A program made the translations under genes and the position numbers. Shown in pieces: positions 18,501 through 27,724 of a stretch of 57,358 nucleotides of DNA. The stretch's first letter is position 1, and each line of letters starts with the position of its first letter. The DNA is taken from the IMG/VR virus record IMGVR_UViG_3300015189_000004, positions 1-57,358 of that record, one strand, 5' to 3'. Source of the DNA: a virus (taxonomy: Duplodnaviria; Caudoviricetes). Below the pieces are notes generated by a model. That model worked only from the letters and a program-made list of their open reading frames with translations. It was not told the DNA's origin and did not search any database.

Positions 18501-20813
18501 ATTGGTAAGGGTCTGGTCACGCTTGCTGGCGCATTGACAATTATCGCCGTCGCAATGTTCGCCATGACGGGCGCAATCCCAGGTGCACTCGCGTTGATCA
18601 TCGTTGCTGGATCGCTTGCCATTATCGCTCCGATCCTCTTGCAGTTTGGACAGATGTCCTGGGAGGCGATTGGTAAAGGCCTGCTCATGCTTGCCGGAGT
18701 GTTTGTGATTCTTGCTGCAGCCGGTTTCTTGCTGACTCCAGTTATTCCGACACTGCTTGGTCTAGGTATCGCCATCACTCTTATGGGTGTTGGCATGCTT
18801 GCCGCTGGTGCAGGACTCCTTCTGTTCTCGGTTGGTCTCACAGCGTTGAGTGTTGCTGGAGCGGCTGGAACAGTGGCAATTGTAGGTATTGTGAGCGGCC
18901 TGATCGGTCTTATCCCGATGCTCATGACTCAGATTGGTTTGGGTGTTGTCGCTTTCGCCAAGGTGATTGCCATGTCGGGTCCTGCAATTACGGGGGCCAT
19001 CACGACTGTTCTTCTGGCACTCATAACGGCAATCAACACGTTGGCTCCAAGGATCGTATCAACGCTTCTTAGGCTGATATTCCTGCTTGTTGGAGCACTT
19101 CTGGCCGCAGTTCCAAGGCTTGTGAGCGCTGGTATGCAGTTGATTGTCGGTATCCTTACGGGTATTGCTAACAAAATCGGCGCGGTTGTTACGGCAGCAG
19201 TAAGTATCATCACTGGGTTCATCGGCGGAATATCCAGGAATATCGGTCGGATTATCGAATCTGGTGTCCAGCTTATTCTGTCGTTCATTCGAGGCCTAAC
19301 CTCTGCTATTAACGCACACTCTGCAGAACTGGGAGTCGCTGGTGGTAACTTGGCTAAGGCGATCGTATCTGGTATGGCTCGTGGTATTGCTGGAGGTCTT
19401 GGTGTAGTCGTAAACGCAGCTAAGAATCTTGCATCATCGGCTTTGAATGCTGCTAAGAGTGCTCTTGGGATCAAATCTCCGTCAAAGGAGTTCGCTAAGC
19501 TTGGTGTCTTCACGACACAGGGCTTCGCAAAGGGTGTCGTCGGTTCTCTGTCCAACGTTAAGGCCTCTCTAGCCCTTATGGGTAGCCTGATCAAGACAAC
19601 CGTAGCATCGACTCAGAAAGATGTCACCGCGGCAGCGAAGAAGCTGGCTACACTCAAAGCAGCCAAGCATCCGAACAAGGGTGCCATCGCAGCAGCAACG
19701 AAGTCTCTCAAGCAGTCTCAGCTCTTGCACACACAGGCAATTCATGCGGACACAGCCTTTACTAAGTGGCTGACTACGCAGAAGGCTGGGCTCACCAAAC
19801 TGGGCACCAATTATGACATCGTCACTGAGAAGCTCAAGAACGCCAAGGTTGCTCTTGTAGATGCACAGAAGTTGAAGGATGACTTCGCCAAGAGCACAAA
19901 AGAGAAGTTCAATGTTCTCCCGGATATTGACCCGAAGACGAGCGTTCTCTCATACGAGAATTCTATTAAGCGGGAAACCGCAGCCAACAACAAGTTCCGT
20001 GAGGCACTTGCGAATCTGCGCAAGATGGGTATGGACGACACAACGTATAACAAACTCCTCGCCGAGGGTGTTAGCGTACAACCGTTCCTAGACAAGCTCA
20101 TCAATGGTGGGCCGCAAGGCGTCAAGGATCTCAATGCTCTCAACGCCGATCTGGCAGCCTCAGCAACGAGTCTTGGCAATCAAGCGGCGACGGATCTATA
20201 TCAGGCCGGTGTCAATGCTGCGCAGGGTCTCGTGAATGGTCTGGCTGCAAGTCAGGCTCTGATCGTGAAGCAGATGAACACGCTGGCTGCAGCAATGGTT
20301 GCGTCGATCAAGAGGCAACTGGGCATTCGCTCTCCGTCACGAGTCTTCATGGAGGTTGGTAAGTACTCCAACGAAGGTCTTGCCAAGGGACTAGATCAGT
20401 ACTCTGGTGTAGTCGAGAAATCGGCTGCGGGTGTTGGTAGTACTGCGATCGATGCGATGCGTAAGTCTATATCAGGTATGTCGAGCCTTATCGCAGCGGA
20501 CATCGACATGACTCCGGTTATTCGGCCTGTTCTGGATCTGACGAGTATGCAGAAGGACGCGCTCAAGATAGACGCGTTGCTCAATACAAAGCCGATCTCG
20601 GTCGACACTGCATATTCGACAGCTAAGGATGCCTCCGCTGGGTATCAAAGTAATCAAGCAGCACTCGCTCAGCAGACAACGGCGTCTGCATCGGCGCAAG
20701 ACAATCTCACGTTCATCCAGAACAACAGTTCACCGAAGGCGTTGTCTTCTGCTGAGATTTACCGTCAGACGAAGAACCAACTGTCCGTAGCGAAGGGAGC
20801 TCTGACCAAATAA
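15537..20813 (+). CDS. Tape measure protein
   Basis: ~1758 aa, Ala/Gly-rich with W-spaced repeats, LGIKSPS motif and N-terminal tape-measure domain. Confidence 0.95.
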   Translation: MSSVDSRVVEMKFNNTQFEAGIQKTLSSLESLKKGLKLEGASKGLSDISSASKGFSLAHIASGLDGLSAKFSALGIIGITALTNIANKAVNVGLTMIKSMTVDPIKQGLDEYETTLNSIQTILANTSQSGGNLTNVNAALAELNTYSDKTIYNFSEMARNIGTFTAAGVKLGPATAAIKGIANLAAVSGSNSQQASTAMYQLSQAMATGTVKLMDWNSVVNAGMGGAVFQNNLKETARAHGVNVDAIIKKEGSFRDSLSKGWLTSAILTESLSKFTGDLSAAQLKQMGYTDKQIPGIMKMAQTAQDAATKVKTFSQLTGTLKEAAGSGWAQTWQLIFGDFEQAKTMWTNVNNVLSGMIGASAKARNAVIGDWSKLGGRDLGIDAIKIAFNDLMAAVKPIKDAFRAIFPPATGKQLYDITEAIHHFVEGLKMGSDTAFKVQRIFQGLFSILDIGWMVIKQGINFFMRLFGAVTTGSGGFLTTLAKIGDWFNNLRYAIKNGEGLEKFFTRIGDPIVVVISLLKEFASFVGRAFSGLGNVDTSGLDKLKSRFEPLGAIGNVIISIWSRVGSFLKSAWTAFAPIADAFSGFFANVGKTVQDGMGNINYSSILDSINTGLFAGLLLLIKKFLKGGVSVDFGGGMLSSIKDAFGGLTDTMKAMQTNLKAGALMKIAIAIALLTVSVVALSMIDSGKLTVALTAVTFMMTQLLAAMFMFTKVAGLKGVVKMPIIAASMILLAIAIDVLSIAVTRLAKLSWQELAKGLVGVTVLIGGLVIAANSMKGGAKNMISTGAGLVVMAVAIKILVSAVKDLSGLGWDALGKGLVGVGMLLGSLALFTKFSETNKGGLAQGAGLILLAVAIKIMASAVATFAAMSWGDIGKGLVAMAGGLTLMAAALILIPPSSILSAVAILIVASSLSMIGVALAQMGALDWSTIGKGLTSLAGALTLIALALILIPPSSLLSAAAVFVVAASLGMIASALSSMGGMSWEEIGKGLVTLAGALTIIAVAMFAMTGAIPGALALIIVAGSLAIIAPILLQFGQMSWEAIGKGLLMLAGVFVILAAAGFLLTPVIPTLLGLGIAITLMGVGMLAAGAGLLLFSVGLTALSVAGAAGTVAIVGIVSGLIGLIPMLMTQIGLGVVAFAKVIAMSGPAITGAITTVLLALITAINTLAPRIVSTLLRLIFLLVGALLAAVPRLVSAGMQLIVGILTGIANKIGAVVTAAVSIITGFIGGISRNIGRIIESGVQLILSFIRGLTSAINAHSAELGVAGGNLAKAIVSGMARGIAGGLGVVVNAAKNLASSALNAAKSALGIKSPSKEFAKLGVFTTQGFAKGVVGSLSNVKASLALMGSLIKTTVASTQKDVTAAAKKLATLKAAKHPNKGAIAAATKSLKQSQLLHTQAIHADTAFTKWLTTQKAGLTKLGTNYDIVTEKLKNAKVALVDAQKLKDDFAKSTKEKFNVLPDIDPKTSVLSYENSIKRETAANNKFREALANLRKMGMDDTTYNKLLAEGVSVQPFLDKLINGGPQGVKDLNALNADLAASATSLGNQAATDLYQAGVNAAQGLVNGLAASQALIVKQMNTLAAAMVASIKRQLGIRSPSRVFMEVGKYSNEGLAKGLDQYSGVVEKSAAGVGSTAIDAMRKSISGMSSLIAADIDMTPVIRPVLDLTSMQKDALKIDALLNTKPISVDTAYSTAKDASAGYQSNQAALAQQTTASASAQDNLTFIQNNSSPKALSSAEIYRQTKNQLSVAKGALTK

Positions 20814-21634
20814 TGCTTACACTAGTCGAAGTTCGAACCAGTCAGGGCGACCTCCTTGGAATATCTCTGGATGACATATCTGATGGTTTTGTCATCGAGA
20901 ACATTGAGGGTCTAGATCCCGTCAAAGCGACTCTCGTTTCATCGAGTTTCGCTCGAATGGATGGCGAACAGTATCAGTCTAGTCGTCGAGAGACGCGAAA
21001 TATCAAGATTCGGCTGGGCCTCGAGCCCGACTACGTGACGGGAACAGTTCGAGATCTTCGTCGCCGTCTGTACACGTTCTTCATGCCGAAGAGCGTTGTG
21101 AATCTCAAGTTTTACATGTCATCAGGTCTCATCGTGGACATTGCAGGACGAGTGGAATCCTTTGAGACTCCGCTCTTCACGAAAGAACCAGCGGTCGACA
21201 TCTCAGTCGTATGCTTTGACCCGGACTTCATCAGTCCGACGCCAGGCACGTTGAGTGGGGTGTCGACCGCGACCATGACAGAGACGTTGCTTCACTACGA
21301 CGGTTCTGTTGAGTCCGGAATTGTGATTGTGCTGCCTATAAACCGGACCATATCTGCGTTAACCATTTATCACCGTCCACCTGATGGAACGCTACGGCTC
21401 CTTGACTTTTCGGCACCACTTATTGCTGGCGATAACTTGACCATAAGCACGGTCGTCGGCGATAAGCGTGCCCAAATGACTCGCTCTGGAACCGTGTCTT
21501 CGGTTCTATACGGTGTCTCACCGCAATCGAGTTGGATCGAGTTACTGCCCGGAGATAACTACATTCGGGTGTATGCGCTAGGTGCCGGAATTCCGTTCGA
21601 CCTTGGATACAAGAACAGATACGGAGGTTTGTGA
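20813..21634 (+). CDS. Distal tail (Dit-like) minor tail protein
   Basis: Directly after the tape measure gene; DGEQYQSSRRETRNI and C-terminal LLPGDN.I motifs. Confidence 0.75.
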   Translation: MLTLVEVRTSQGDLLGISLDDISDGFVIENIEGLDPVKATLVSSSFARMDGEQYQSSRRETRNIKIRLGLEPDYVTGTVRDLRRRLYTFFMPKSVVNLKFYMSSGLIVDIAGRVESFETPLFTKEPAVDISVVCFDPDFISPTPGTLSGVSTATMTETLLHYDGSVESGIVIVLPINRTISALTIYHRPPDGTLRLLDFSAPLIAGDNLTISTVVGDKRAQMTRSGTVSSVLYGVSPQSSWIELLPGDNYIRVYALGAGIPFDLGYKNRYGGL

Positions 21635-22806
21635 TGGAGCTTTATATTCTTGACAGTCTGCTCCGTCGTGAAACGGTCGTGGACAGGTTTGAGTCTCTCA
21701 TTTGGACTGAACGATTTTCCTCCGCAGGAGACTTCGAGCTCGTAGTGCATTCGACTGCGGGTAATCGAAAACTGTTCAAATCTGGTGTCAAGTTGGCTCA
21801 GAACGAGTCATATCGAGTTATGTCGGTAGAGAGCGTTGAAGACAAGACCGACGCCGAAGGGAGGGCTCTTCTGACTGTCAAAGGGCCCTCTCTGGAGATT
21901 ATTCTTGATGATCGCGTCGCCAAAAATGTCTTTGCGGACACGTTCAATACGCCGACGTGGAACATGACCGGAACGCCTGCCGCGATTGCTCGAAAAATCT
22001 TTACTGATATCTGCATGACTGGTGTTCTAAACGTTGGCGACAAGATCCCATACATCCAACCGGGAACCATATTCCCAGCAGACACTATTGCTGAATCAGC
22101 CGTCGCAATCAACATTGAACTTGCGCTGACGACTGTGTATGCGGCGATCAAGAATCTTTGTGAACTGTATGACATGGGCTTTCGATTGGTCCGAAACTTC
22201 GACACATCCCAGCTATATTTCAACATCTATATGGGAAGCGATCGGACAACCAAGCAGAGCAATTTGGCCGCGGTGGTATTTTCCCCCGAACTCGACAATC
22301 TTCAAAACACGGCCGCACTGACGACGACCGAAACGTACAAGAATGTAGCATACGTTTTCTCTCCGGTTGGGTACACAACAGTGTATCCGCAGGGTGTCGA
22401 TCCATTGACGGCTGGACTAGAGCGTCGAGTGCTTCTGGTTAATGCCGATGACATCACAGACCCAGATCCGCCAACAGCGTTAGCGTTGATGATCCAACGT
22501 GGTAATGAGGAATTGTCGAAGCATCGTACATTCACAGCCTTTGACGGTGAACTCAACCAGAACATCAGTTCCTATAAGTATGGCACTGACTATCAACTCG
22601 GCGACCTTGTCGAGATGCGGAACATCGATGGTATGACGAACAACATGCAGGTCACGGAGCAGATCTTCGTATCTGACAAAGAGGGCGAGCGGTCATATCC
22701 GACGCTTGTCATCAACCAGTTCTTCCTGCCGGGTACTTGGGCAGCTTGGGACACCAATGAGGTCTGGATTGACCTTGGCACGACTGAATACTGGTCGACA
22801 GCATGA
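21631..22806 (+). CDS. Minor tail protein (baseplate hub, ReqiPepy6 gp37-like)
   Basis: FESLIWTERFSSAGDFEL and YKYGTDYQLGDLV motifs; follows Dit. Confidence 0.75.
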   Translation: MMELYILDSLLRRETVVDRFESLIWTERFSSAGDFELVVHSTAGNRKLFKSGVKLAQNESYRVMSVESVEDKTDAEGRALLTVKGPSLEIILDDRVAKNVFADTFNTPTWNMTGTPAAIARKIFTDICMTGVLNVGDKIPYIQPGTIFPADTIAESAVAINIELALTTVYAAIKNLCELYDMGFRLVRNFDTSQLYFNIYMGSDRTTKQSNLAAVVFSPELDNLQNTAALTTTETYKNVAYVFSPVGYTTVYPQGVDPLTAGLERRVLLVNADDITDPDPPTALALMIQRGNEELSKHRTFTAFDGELNQNISSYKYGTDYQLGDLVEMRNIDGMTNNMQVTEQIFVSDKEGERSYPTLVINQFFLPGTWAAWDTNEVWIDLGTTEYWSTA

Positions 22807-22830
22807 GTCACTTAGCGAAGGAGGTTTGAC

Positions 22831-23067
22831 ATGGCTGTTGGAGATAACGCTACTGCGGCTGGTTTTGCACTTGTCCCAGATACTGGCGAGGAAGGCCGAG
22901 TTCGCTGGGGCGGCAGAGAGATCAACCGCACTCGAGACTTCGTTGCTCAGGTCATTGCGCTGGTTCCCGTTGGAAAAGCTGCGTATCGTACAGCAGCGGG
23001 AATCACCTCGGGTACAGCAGATCCCACGGGCGGTAACGACGGCGACATCTACTTCAAGACCATCTAG
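22831..23067 (+). CDS. Small minor tail protein
   Basis: AAGGAGG RBS; C-terminal GTADPTGGNDGDIYFK. Confidence 0.6.
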   Translation: MAVGDNATAAGFALVPDTGEEGRVRWGGREINRTRDFVAQVIALVPVGKAAYRTAAGITSGTADPTGGNDGDIYFKTI

Positions 23068-23075
23068 GCGGCATC

Positions 23076-24056
23076 ATGGCTGATTACATAAAGGCCACTG
23101 GTACTGGCGACATGATGATCCGGGACACCGGATCTACAGTGTACTTCTATATCCGAGCTGGGTCGTCGTCAACGTGGGTTGGTAGCACATCCTACAGTTG
23201 GACCATGAATGGGTCTGGCAGCGGAACGTGGAGCTATAACGATGGTGGTTCCTACAAGCTAATTCGGTCTGCAGTTGTTAGTTCAGACCAAACAGTGACA
23301 TTTGCAATTGGTGCCACAGGTACTTCTGGTCTTGGCGGTCCAACAAGCTTCAGTGTGTTCATCAATCGCTCATCGGTACCGAATGCTCCGTCAACCCCAA
23401 CTATATCTTCGCTAACGTCTACCTCATGGGTCAACTCCTTTACGGATGGCGCAAACAATGGTGCTGCCATAACGACAAGGCAGCTTGGATGGAGTGGTGC
23501 GTCTGGGTCGGGTTATCCCGATAACCTAGTTACCTCGGATGGGTCAACTCAGTTCAATGGGTTTGTAGCAGGAACGACATACTATGTCTGGGCTCGCACA
23601 TATAACTCGCAGGGTTGGAGCGCTTGGTCTGGTCGACGAACTGTCGTCACCTATCGCATTCCGGATGCTCCTGACCCAGTCGTATTGTCACTCATAACCC
23701 AAACCACAATGCGTACGGCGTTCAACGGAAATGGCAATGGTGGGACCGCGGTTCTCGAGTGGCGAGTTGGATACGGCACAAGCTCCACCGCAGTACAAAC
23801 AATGGTCACGTCAACAGGAACAAAAGACATATCCGGCCTTCTTCCAGCAACGACGTATTACTTCTGGGCACAAGGTCGCAACTCTGTTGGTTGGGGTCCT
23901 TGGTCAGCACGGACAACTGCTAGAACCGTTGGTGGTGCAAGAGTTCTTGTCGGCGGTATCTGGAAGGAAGCGATACCGTACGTACGCGTCGGTGGCGTTT
24001 GGAAAGTGGCTCAACCGTGGGGGAAAATCGCAGGCATTTGGAAGAAGACAGGTTAA
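23076..24056 (+). CDS. Minor tail protein with two fibronectin type III domains
   Basis: Two P.AP...GTTYYVWARTYNSQGWSAWS / ATTYYFWAQGRNSVGWGPWS repeats. Confidence 0.8.
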   Translation: MADYIKATGTGDMMIRDTGSTVYFYIRAGSSSTWVGSTSYSWTMNGSGSGTWSYNDGGSYKLIRSAVVSSDQTVTFAIGATGTSGLGGPTSFSVFINRSSVPNAPSTPTISSLTSTSWVNSFTDGANNGAAITTRQLGWSGASGSGYPDNLVTSDGSTQFNGFVAGTTYYVWARTYNSQGWSAWSGRRTVVTYRIPDAPDPVVLSLITQTTMRTAFNGNGNGGTAVLEWRVGYGTSSTAVQTMVTSTGTKDISGLLPATTYYFWAQGRNSVGWGPWSARTTARTVGGARVLVGGIWKEAIPYVRVGGVWKVAQPWGKIAGIWKKTG

Positions 24057-24080
24057 CCCTACAACATAAGGCGGCACTCA

Positions 24081-24524
24081 TTGTTCAAGCCCAGATTGGA
24101 GTATGAAGACATGTCTCCACGGCAGCGCATGCATCGCAGTCGAGTATATTTGGCACTTGTGGTTGCGGGAAGCCACTTTACGCTCATGGTCTTGGGTTTG
24201 ACAGATCGCCTTGCGTTCACACTCCCAACGCGGTACGAATTGCTCACAATAACGCTAGAGAATCCGCTATGGTTTGTTCTTCATGGCGTATGTGCTCTGG
24301 CCATCATTGTCACTTTAAAAGTGAACCGAGGCATAATTCAGGCACTAGGCGCGGCAACCGGAGTTATGGGTTCTTGGGCTTTCTTGAGTTTCTTGTGGGG
24401 ATTAACCACAGAAACACCAGTATCTTTGGCCGGACCAGTCCTGGGTGGTGCTATCGCAACCTTGTCATATTTGCTCACGATCGCATGGGCACGTTCGCCA
24501 CACGTCCACGAAAGGACTGATTAA
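24081..24524 (+). CDS. Multi-pass membrane protein (lysis region)
   Basis: About four hydrophobic segments; start uncertain. Confidence 0.6.
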   Translation: MFKPRLEYEDMSPRQRMHRSRVYLALVVAGSHFTLMVLGLTDRLAFTLPTRYELLTITLENPLWFVLHGVCALAIIVTLKVNRGIIQALGAATGVMGSWAFLSFLWGLTTETPVSLAGPVLGGAIATLSYLLTIAWARSPHVHERTD

Positions 24525-24526
24525 TC

Positions 24527-24763
24527 GTGGACCCAGCGACCATATCTGCGTTACTTATTAGTGTCGCATCCCTTGTGGGTTGGATGGTAACGCAGACACA
24601 GGCAAGAAACAAAGCCCAAAGAGCTGAGCTGAGAGGTCGTCGAAAGCACTCTCTACTTGCCGATCAATACATGTTTCGTCTTGAATCGCTTCTTGCGCAA
24701 CGAGATATTCCTCTACCGGCGAAACCAGAAGGTCTCGACCCTGAAGAAGGAGAAGACTGGTGA
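24527..24763 (+). CDS. Single-pass membrane protein
   Basis: N-terminal TM segment followed by a charged helix. Confidence 0.6.
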   Translation: MDPATISALLISVASLVGWMVTQTQARNKAQRAELRGRRKHSLLADQYMFRLESLLAQRDIPLPAKPEGLDPEEGEDW

Positions 24764-25509
24764 CGCCACACACACAGGCGATGCCCGACAACGAGCTAGA
24801 GCCCGACAATGCAGACCTCGATAAGGCAGACCGTAACGACAAGTACAGATATGGCGTCTGGATTCTGGCTGCACTGCTCATTGGTGCTATCACCTGGATT
24901 CTTCTCGTCCAAAACGGAAACGCGAATGATCGAGCAGCAATCGAGGCTTCCCAGAAGTTCACATTGGCCCAGCAAGTAGCTGCAGCATGCGCTATCAAAG
25001 ATCAGAAAGACGATCTGGGAGGCCTTTGCACGAAGGCGCAACAGTTGGTCAAAGAGGGTCCTGCGGGCTCTACAGGCGCTCAGGGAGACCCTGGCGCTAC
25101 TGGTGCTCAAGGCCCACTCGGTCCGAAAGGTGAACAAGGCGTACAGGGAAATCAGGGAACTCAAGGGCTTCTAGGTCCTCAGGGCATATTCGGTAAAACG
25201 GGCTCAAATGGCATCACTGGTGTTCCGGGTATTGCTGGTACTAATGGTACTGCAGGTTCCGATGGTGTAACAGGAGCTACCGGTAAAGATGGTCAGACCG
25301 GTCCTGCTGGAGCAACAGGCGCTGATGGAAAAGATGGCGCTACTGGTGCTAAAGGTGATACCGGTGTTGCAGGTCCACCCGGAGTTACAGGTCCAACCGG
25401 CGCTAATGCGTTTCCATTCTCATTCACATTCAAGACCACGCTAGAGACGTTCAATTGCGTAATTACAGCATCGGATGCTGTTGCAACCTGCGCGTCCACA
25501 ACTCCATAA
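24760..25509 (+). CDS. Membrane-anchored collagen-like protein
   Basis: TM segment, coiled region with two Cys, 39 uninterrupted Gly-X-Y triplets, small Cys-containing C-terminus. Confidence 0.85.
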   Translation: MTPHTQAMPDNELEPDNADLDKADRNDKYRYGVWILAALLIGAITWILLVQNGNANDRAAIEASQKFTLAQQVAAACAIKDQKDDLGGLCTKAQQLVKEGPAGSTGAQGDPGATGAQGPLGPKGEQGVQGNQGTQGLLGPQGIFGKTGSNGITGVPGIAGTNGTAGSDGVTGATGKDGQTGPAGATGADGKDGATGAKGDTGVAGPPGVTGPTGANAFPFSFTFKTTLETFNCVITASDAVATCASTTP

Positions 25510-25520
25510 GGAGCATATTC

Positions 25521-25829
25521 ATGAACAACGTAAAACTCATGGTAAGTGCAAAGTCAAGCAAGGCGTTCGTAGCCGCATTTCTCGCTTCGGCCGCTGCTGT
25601 CACCGTTGCTGCACCTGACGGTTACACACTGCCAGAAGCGCTCACCATCATCGGCGCGTTTCTGCTGACGTTTCAGGCCACATACTGGACCAGCAACGCT
25701 AAGGACGTCGCCGGAACCATTGACGTGGCTGTGACGCCTGATGGCAAGAAGACCTTCTCGCTCAATCTCGACTCTGATCCAGAGGATCTCGAGACTAAGG
25801 ACGAGGTCACGTTCAAGATCGTCAAGTAG
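25521..25829 (+). CDS. Putative holin
   Basis: AAGGAG RBS; two TM segments and a charged tail; last gene of the structural block. Confidence 0.5.
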   Translation: MNNVKLMVSAKSSKAFVAAFLASAAAVTVAAPDGYTLPEALTIIGAFLLTFQATYWTSNAKDVAGTIDVAVTPDGKKTFSLNLDSDPEDLETKDEVTFKIVK

Positions 25830-25844
25830 CTCCTAAACGTAGGG

Positions 25845-25876
25845 TCGCGGGTTTTACACCGCCTATAATGAGACCC
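25845..25876 (+). promoter_or_regulatory. Conserved phage promoter motif, copy 1
   Basis: TCGCGGGTTTTACACCGCCTATAATGAGACCC; the TCG-to-TATAAT offset is 19 nt in all ten copies. Confidence 0.85.
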
Positions 25877-25893
25877 CTACTTAAGGAGAACGC

Positions 25894-26184
25894 ATGTTCC
25901 ATCCCTTTGCCAAATCTGAAAAGACTGGACTTGAGGAGGCCCGCGATCAAGCGCTACTCGAACTGAAGAATTTCACGACCGACGACGCATTGTACGAACA
26001 AACACTGAAGCACGTGAAGACGCTCAGCAAACTCATTGAGGCAGAAGCCCATGAGAAGCTGAACCCAAACACTGTTGCACTGATTGCCGGCAATGCATTC
26101 GTCGCACTGATAGTCGTCAGCTACGAGAGCAAGAACGTCGTGGGCACCAAAGTCATATCTTTCCTGATGAAAGCTACCCGATGA
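25894..26184 (+). CDS. Hypothetical protein with C-terminal hydrophobic segment
   Basis: AAGGAG RBS directly after promoter copy 1. Confidence 0.7.
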   Translation: MFHPFAKSEKTGLEEARDQALLELKNFTTDDALYEQTLKHVKTLSKLIEAEAHEKLNPNTVALIAGNAFVALIVVSYESKNVVGTKVISFLMKATR

Positions 26185-26270
26185 ACTGCTGACCTAACAC
26201 AGGCAGCCCAAAACACAGAAGACGTGTGAGACCTAAACCCTCTTACACGTCTTCTGTTTTTGTGCAGTTC
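26183..26270 (+). terminator. Multibranch hairpin/terminator
   Basis: Outer GAACTGC/GCAGTTC stem; inner ACAGAAGACGTGTGAGA/TCTTACACGTCTTCTGT stem followed by a T run; small CCTAACACAGG hairpin. Confidence 0.7.
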
Positions 26271-26327
26271 TACAAGGGTTCTAAAAATTGCTTCCAAAAA
26301 ATCCCGCGGAGGAAATTTTGGACAAGG

Positions 26328-26359
26328 TCGCAGGAATTACATGTCATATAATGAGACCC
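26328..26359 (+). promoter_or_regulatory. Promoter motif, copy 2
   Basis: TCGCAGGAATTACATGTCATATAATGAGACCC. Confidence 0.85.
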
Positions 26360-26381
26360 ACACACCACGAAAGGATTCATT

Positions 26382-26534
26382 ATGAACATCATCGACCGTG
26401 TCAACAAGAAGGTCCACACCGTAACCAACAACTCCAACGTTCGTACCACCGCAAAAATCACCGCGCTGGTCGTCGCCACCGTTGTCTGGGTTCGAGTTGT
26501 GGACGCTGCTTACGACAAGTTCACCGAAGAATGA
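26382..26534 (+). CDS. Small membrane protein (50 aa)
   Basis: Read by eye: GAAAGGA RBS, then MNIIDRVNKKVHTVTNNSNVRTTAKITALVVATVVWVRVVDAAYDKFTEE. Confidence 0.7.
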   Translation: MNIIDRVNKKVHTVTNNSNVRTTAKITALVVATVVWVRVVDAAYDKFTEE

Positions 26535-26563
26535 TCTGATACACCCCACTCAGTTGTAAATCT

Positions 26564-26598
26564 CAAACCAACAGCCCCTAACACGGGCTTAAGGTTTG
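26564..26598 (+). terminator. Hairpin with CTAACAC loop
   Basis: CAAACC-aac-AGCCC-CTAACAC-GGGCT-taa-GGTTTG; near-identical copy at 30907. Confidence 0.65.
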
Positions 26599-26603
26599 CC
26601 TCT

Positions 26604-26634
26604 TCGCAAGATATTCGGGCCCTATAATGAACCC
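26604..26634 (+). promoter_or_regulatory. Promoter motif, copy 3
   Basis: TCGCAAGATATTCGGGCCCTATAATGAACCC. Confidence 0.85.
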
Positions 26635-26656
26635 CTACCACCCGAAAGGACACACC

Positions 26657-26836
26657 ATGTTCGACAAGTACACTTCCGCCAAGAAGTTCGTTGCCAAGCA
26701 CAAGGTCGCCATCGCAATCACCGGTACAGCAGCAGTCTGCTTGTACCTGAATCGCCTGGCCCTCACGCAGCACAACGACTTCCTCAAGGAGCACGACCTG
26801 TACGAAGCATTCTATCTCGTCGGATCAGAAGAGTAG
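26657..26836 (+). CDS. Small membrane protein
   Basis: GAAAGGA RBS; MFDKYTSAKKFVAKHKVAIAITGTAAVCLYL... Confidence 0.7.
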   Translation: MFDKYTSAKKFVAKHKVAIAITGTAAVCLYLNRLALTQHNDFLKEHDLYEAFYLVGSEE

Positions 26837-26840
26837 TTCA

Positions 26841-26875
26841 CAGACCTTAACCCCCTAACACGGGGTTAAGGTCTG
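26841..26875 (+). terminator. 14-bp hairpin with CTAACAC loop
   Basis: CAGACCTTAACCCC-CTAACAC-GGGGTTAAGGTCTG, followed by a T-rich run. Confidence 0.75.
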
Positions 26876-26915
26876 CCTTATTTTTGCCTCAAACCAAATC
26901 TCCGAAAGGGACATC

Positions 26916-27137
26916 ATGTTCAAGAAGCACTCGATTCAGGTACAGATGATCAAGACCCCGAATGTCAAGCCGACGGTAGAGACACCAACTCCCGCAGCTA
27001 GCTTCGACCCAGACCACATCAGTCAACTCATATCCGAGCAGGTGGAGCACACAGCCATCACTGTTGTTGCTTCTTTTGCTGCGATCATCCTGTTCAAGAC
27101 CGTGAGTGAGATTGCCATCAACTTGTCGAAGGCCTGA
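26916..27137 (+). CDS. Small membrane protein
   Basis: GAAAGGG RBS; C-terminal hydrophobic segment. Confidence 0.65.
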   Translation: MFKKHSIQVQMIKTPNVKPTVETPTPAASFDPDHISQLISEQVEHTAITVVASFAAIILFKTVSEIAINLSKA

Positions 27138-27139
27138 CC

Positions 27140-27171
27140 TCGCAAGAAAACCACGTCCTATAATGAGACCC
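27140..27171 (+). promoter_or_regulatory. Promoter motif, copy 4
   Basis: TCGCAAGAAAACCACGTCCTATAATGAGACCC. Confidence 0.85.
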
Positions 27172-27247
27172 ATAACGCCTACCATCCTATCAACGGAGAA
27201 ACGGCTGACCACATAGTGGAAACCGCTAAAGCGGAATGGTATCTCAT
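27163..27247 (+). ncRNA. Candidate small RNA A
   Basis: ATGAGACCCAT...ATGGTATCTCAT terminal stem with a bulge; inner A-CCAC-ATA-GTGG-A and A-CCGC-TAAA-GCGG-A hairpins; then TTTTCTGCC. Confidence 0.6.
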
Positions 27248-27310
27248 TTTTCTGCCTCATCCTTCTAGAATCCTCTAGCAGGCAATTGTGAAACTAGTAA
27301 GGAGATAGGC

Positions 27311-27703
27311 ATGAACATGGACCAGCGTGCGAAGATCAAGGACCACTTCCGTGAGAACAAGAACGTGTATATCGCTGCTGGTGTTGGCGTCCTCGTCGGT
27401 GCTGCCGGCTGTGTCTTCCTGAAAGATTCATCCACACTTGTCTCGATTCGAGAGACTCTGAACTTCAAGTGGAAATCGCCGACGACAAATGTTGTTCAGT
27501 TGATCATTCCGCCACTTGGTGATGCTGGGAATGTTGTTCAGTGTGTTGAAACAGGAACGATCTATGCGAGTCAAGGTCAAGCAGCACGAGAGCTTGGTGT
27601 CCGTGCTACGGACGTCTCGAAGCATATGCATGGTGTTCAAGAGCACGTCGCTGGATTGCATCTAAAGCTTCTAGGCAAGGCTGGCGAACCACTCGCAGGA
27701 TAA
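27311..27703 (+). CDS. Membrane-anchored protein with C-terminal NUMOD1-like HTH (paralogue of 39869)
   Basis: TM segment VYIAAGVGVLVGAAGCVFL, FKWKSPTTN, VQCVETGTIYASQGQAARELGV; the C-terminus resembles that of the HNH at 34523. Confidence 0.75.
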   Translation: MNMDQRAKIKDHFRENKNVYIAAGVGVLVGAAGCVFLKDSSTLVSIRETLNFKWKSPTTNVVQLIIPPLGDAGNVVQCVETGTIYASQGQAARELGVRATDVSKHMHGVQEHVAGLHLKLLGKAGEPLAG

Positions 27704-27724
27704 ACCCGCCCTATAATGAGAACC
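27693..27724 (+). promoter_or_regulatory. Promoter motif, copy 5 (overlaps the 27311 stop codon)
   Basis: TCGCAGGATAAACCCGCCCTATAATGAGAACC. Confidence 0.85.
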
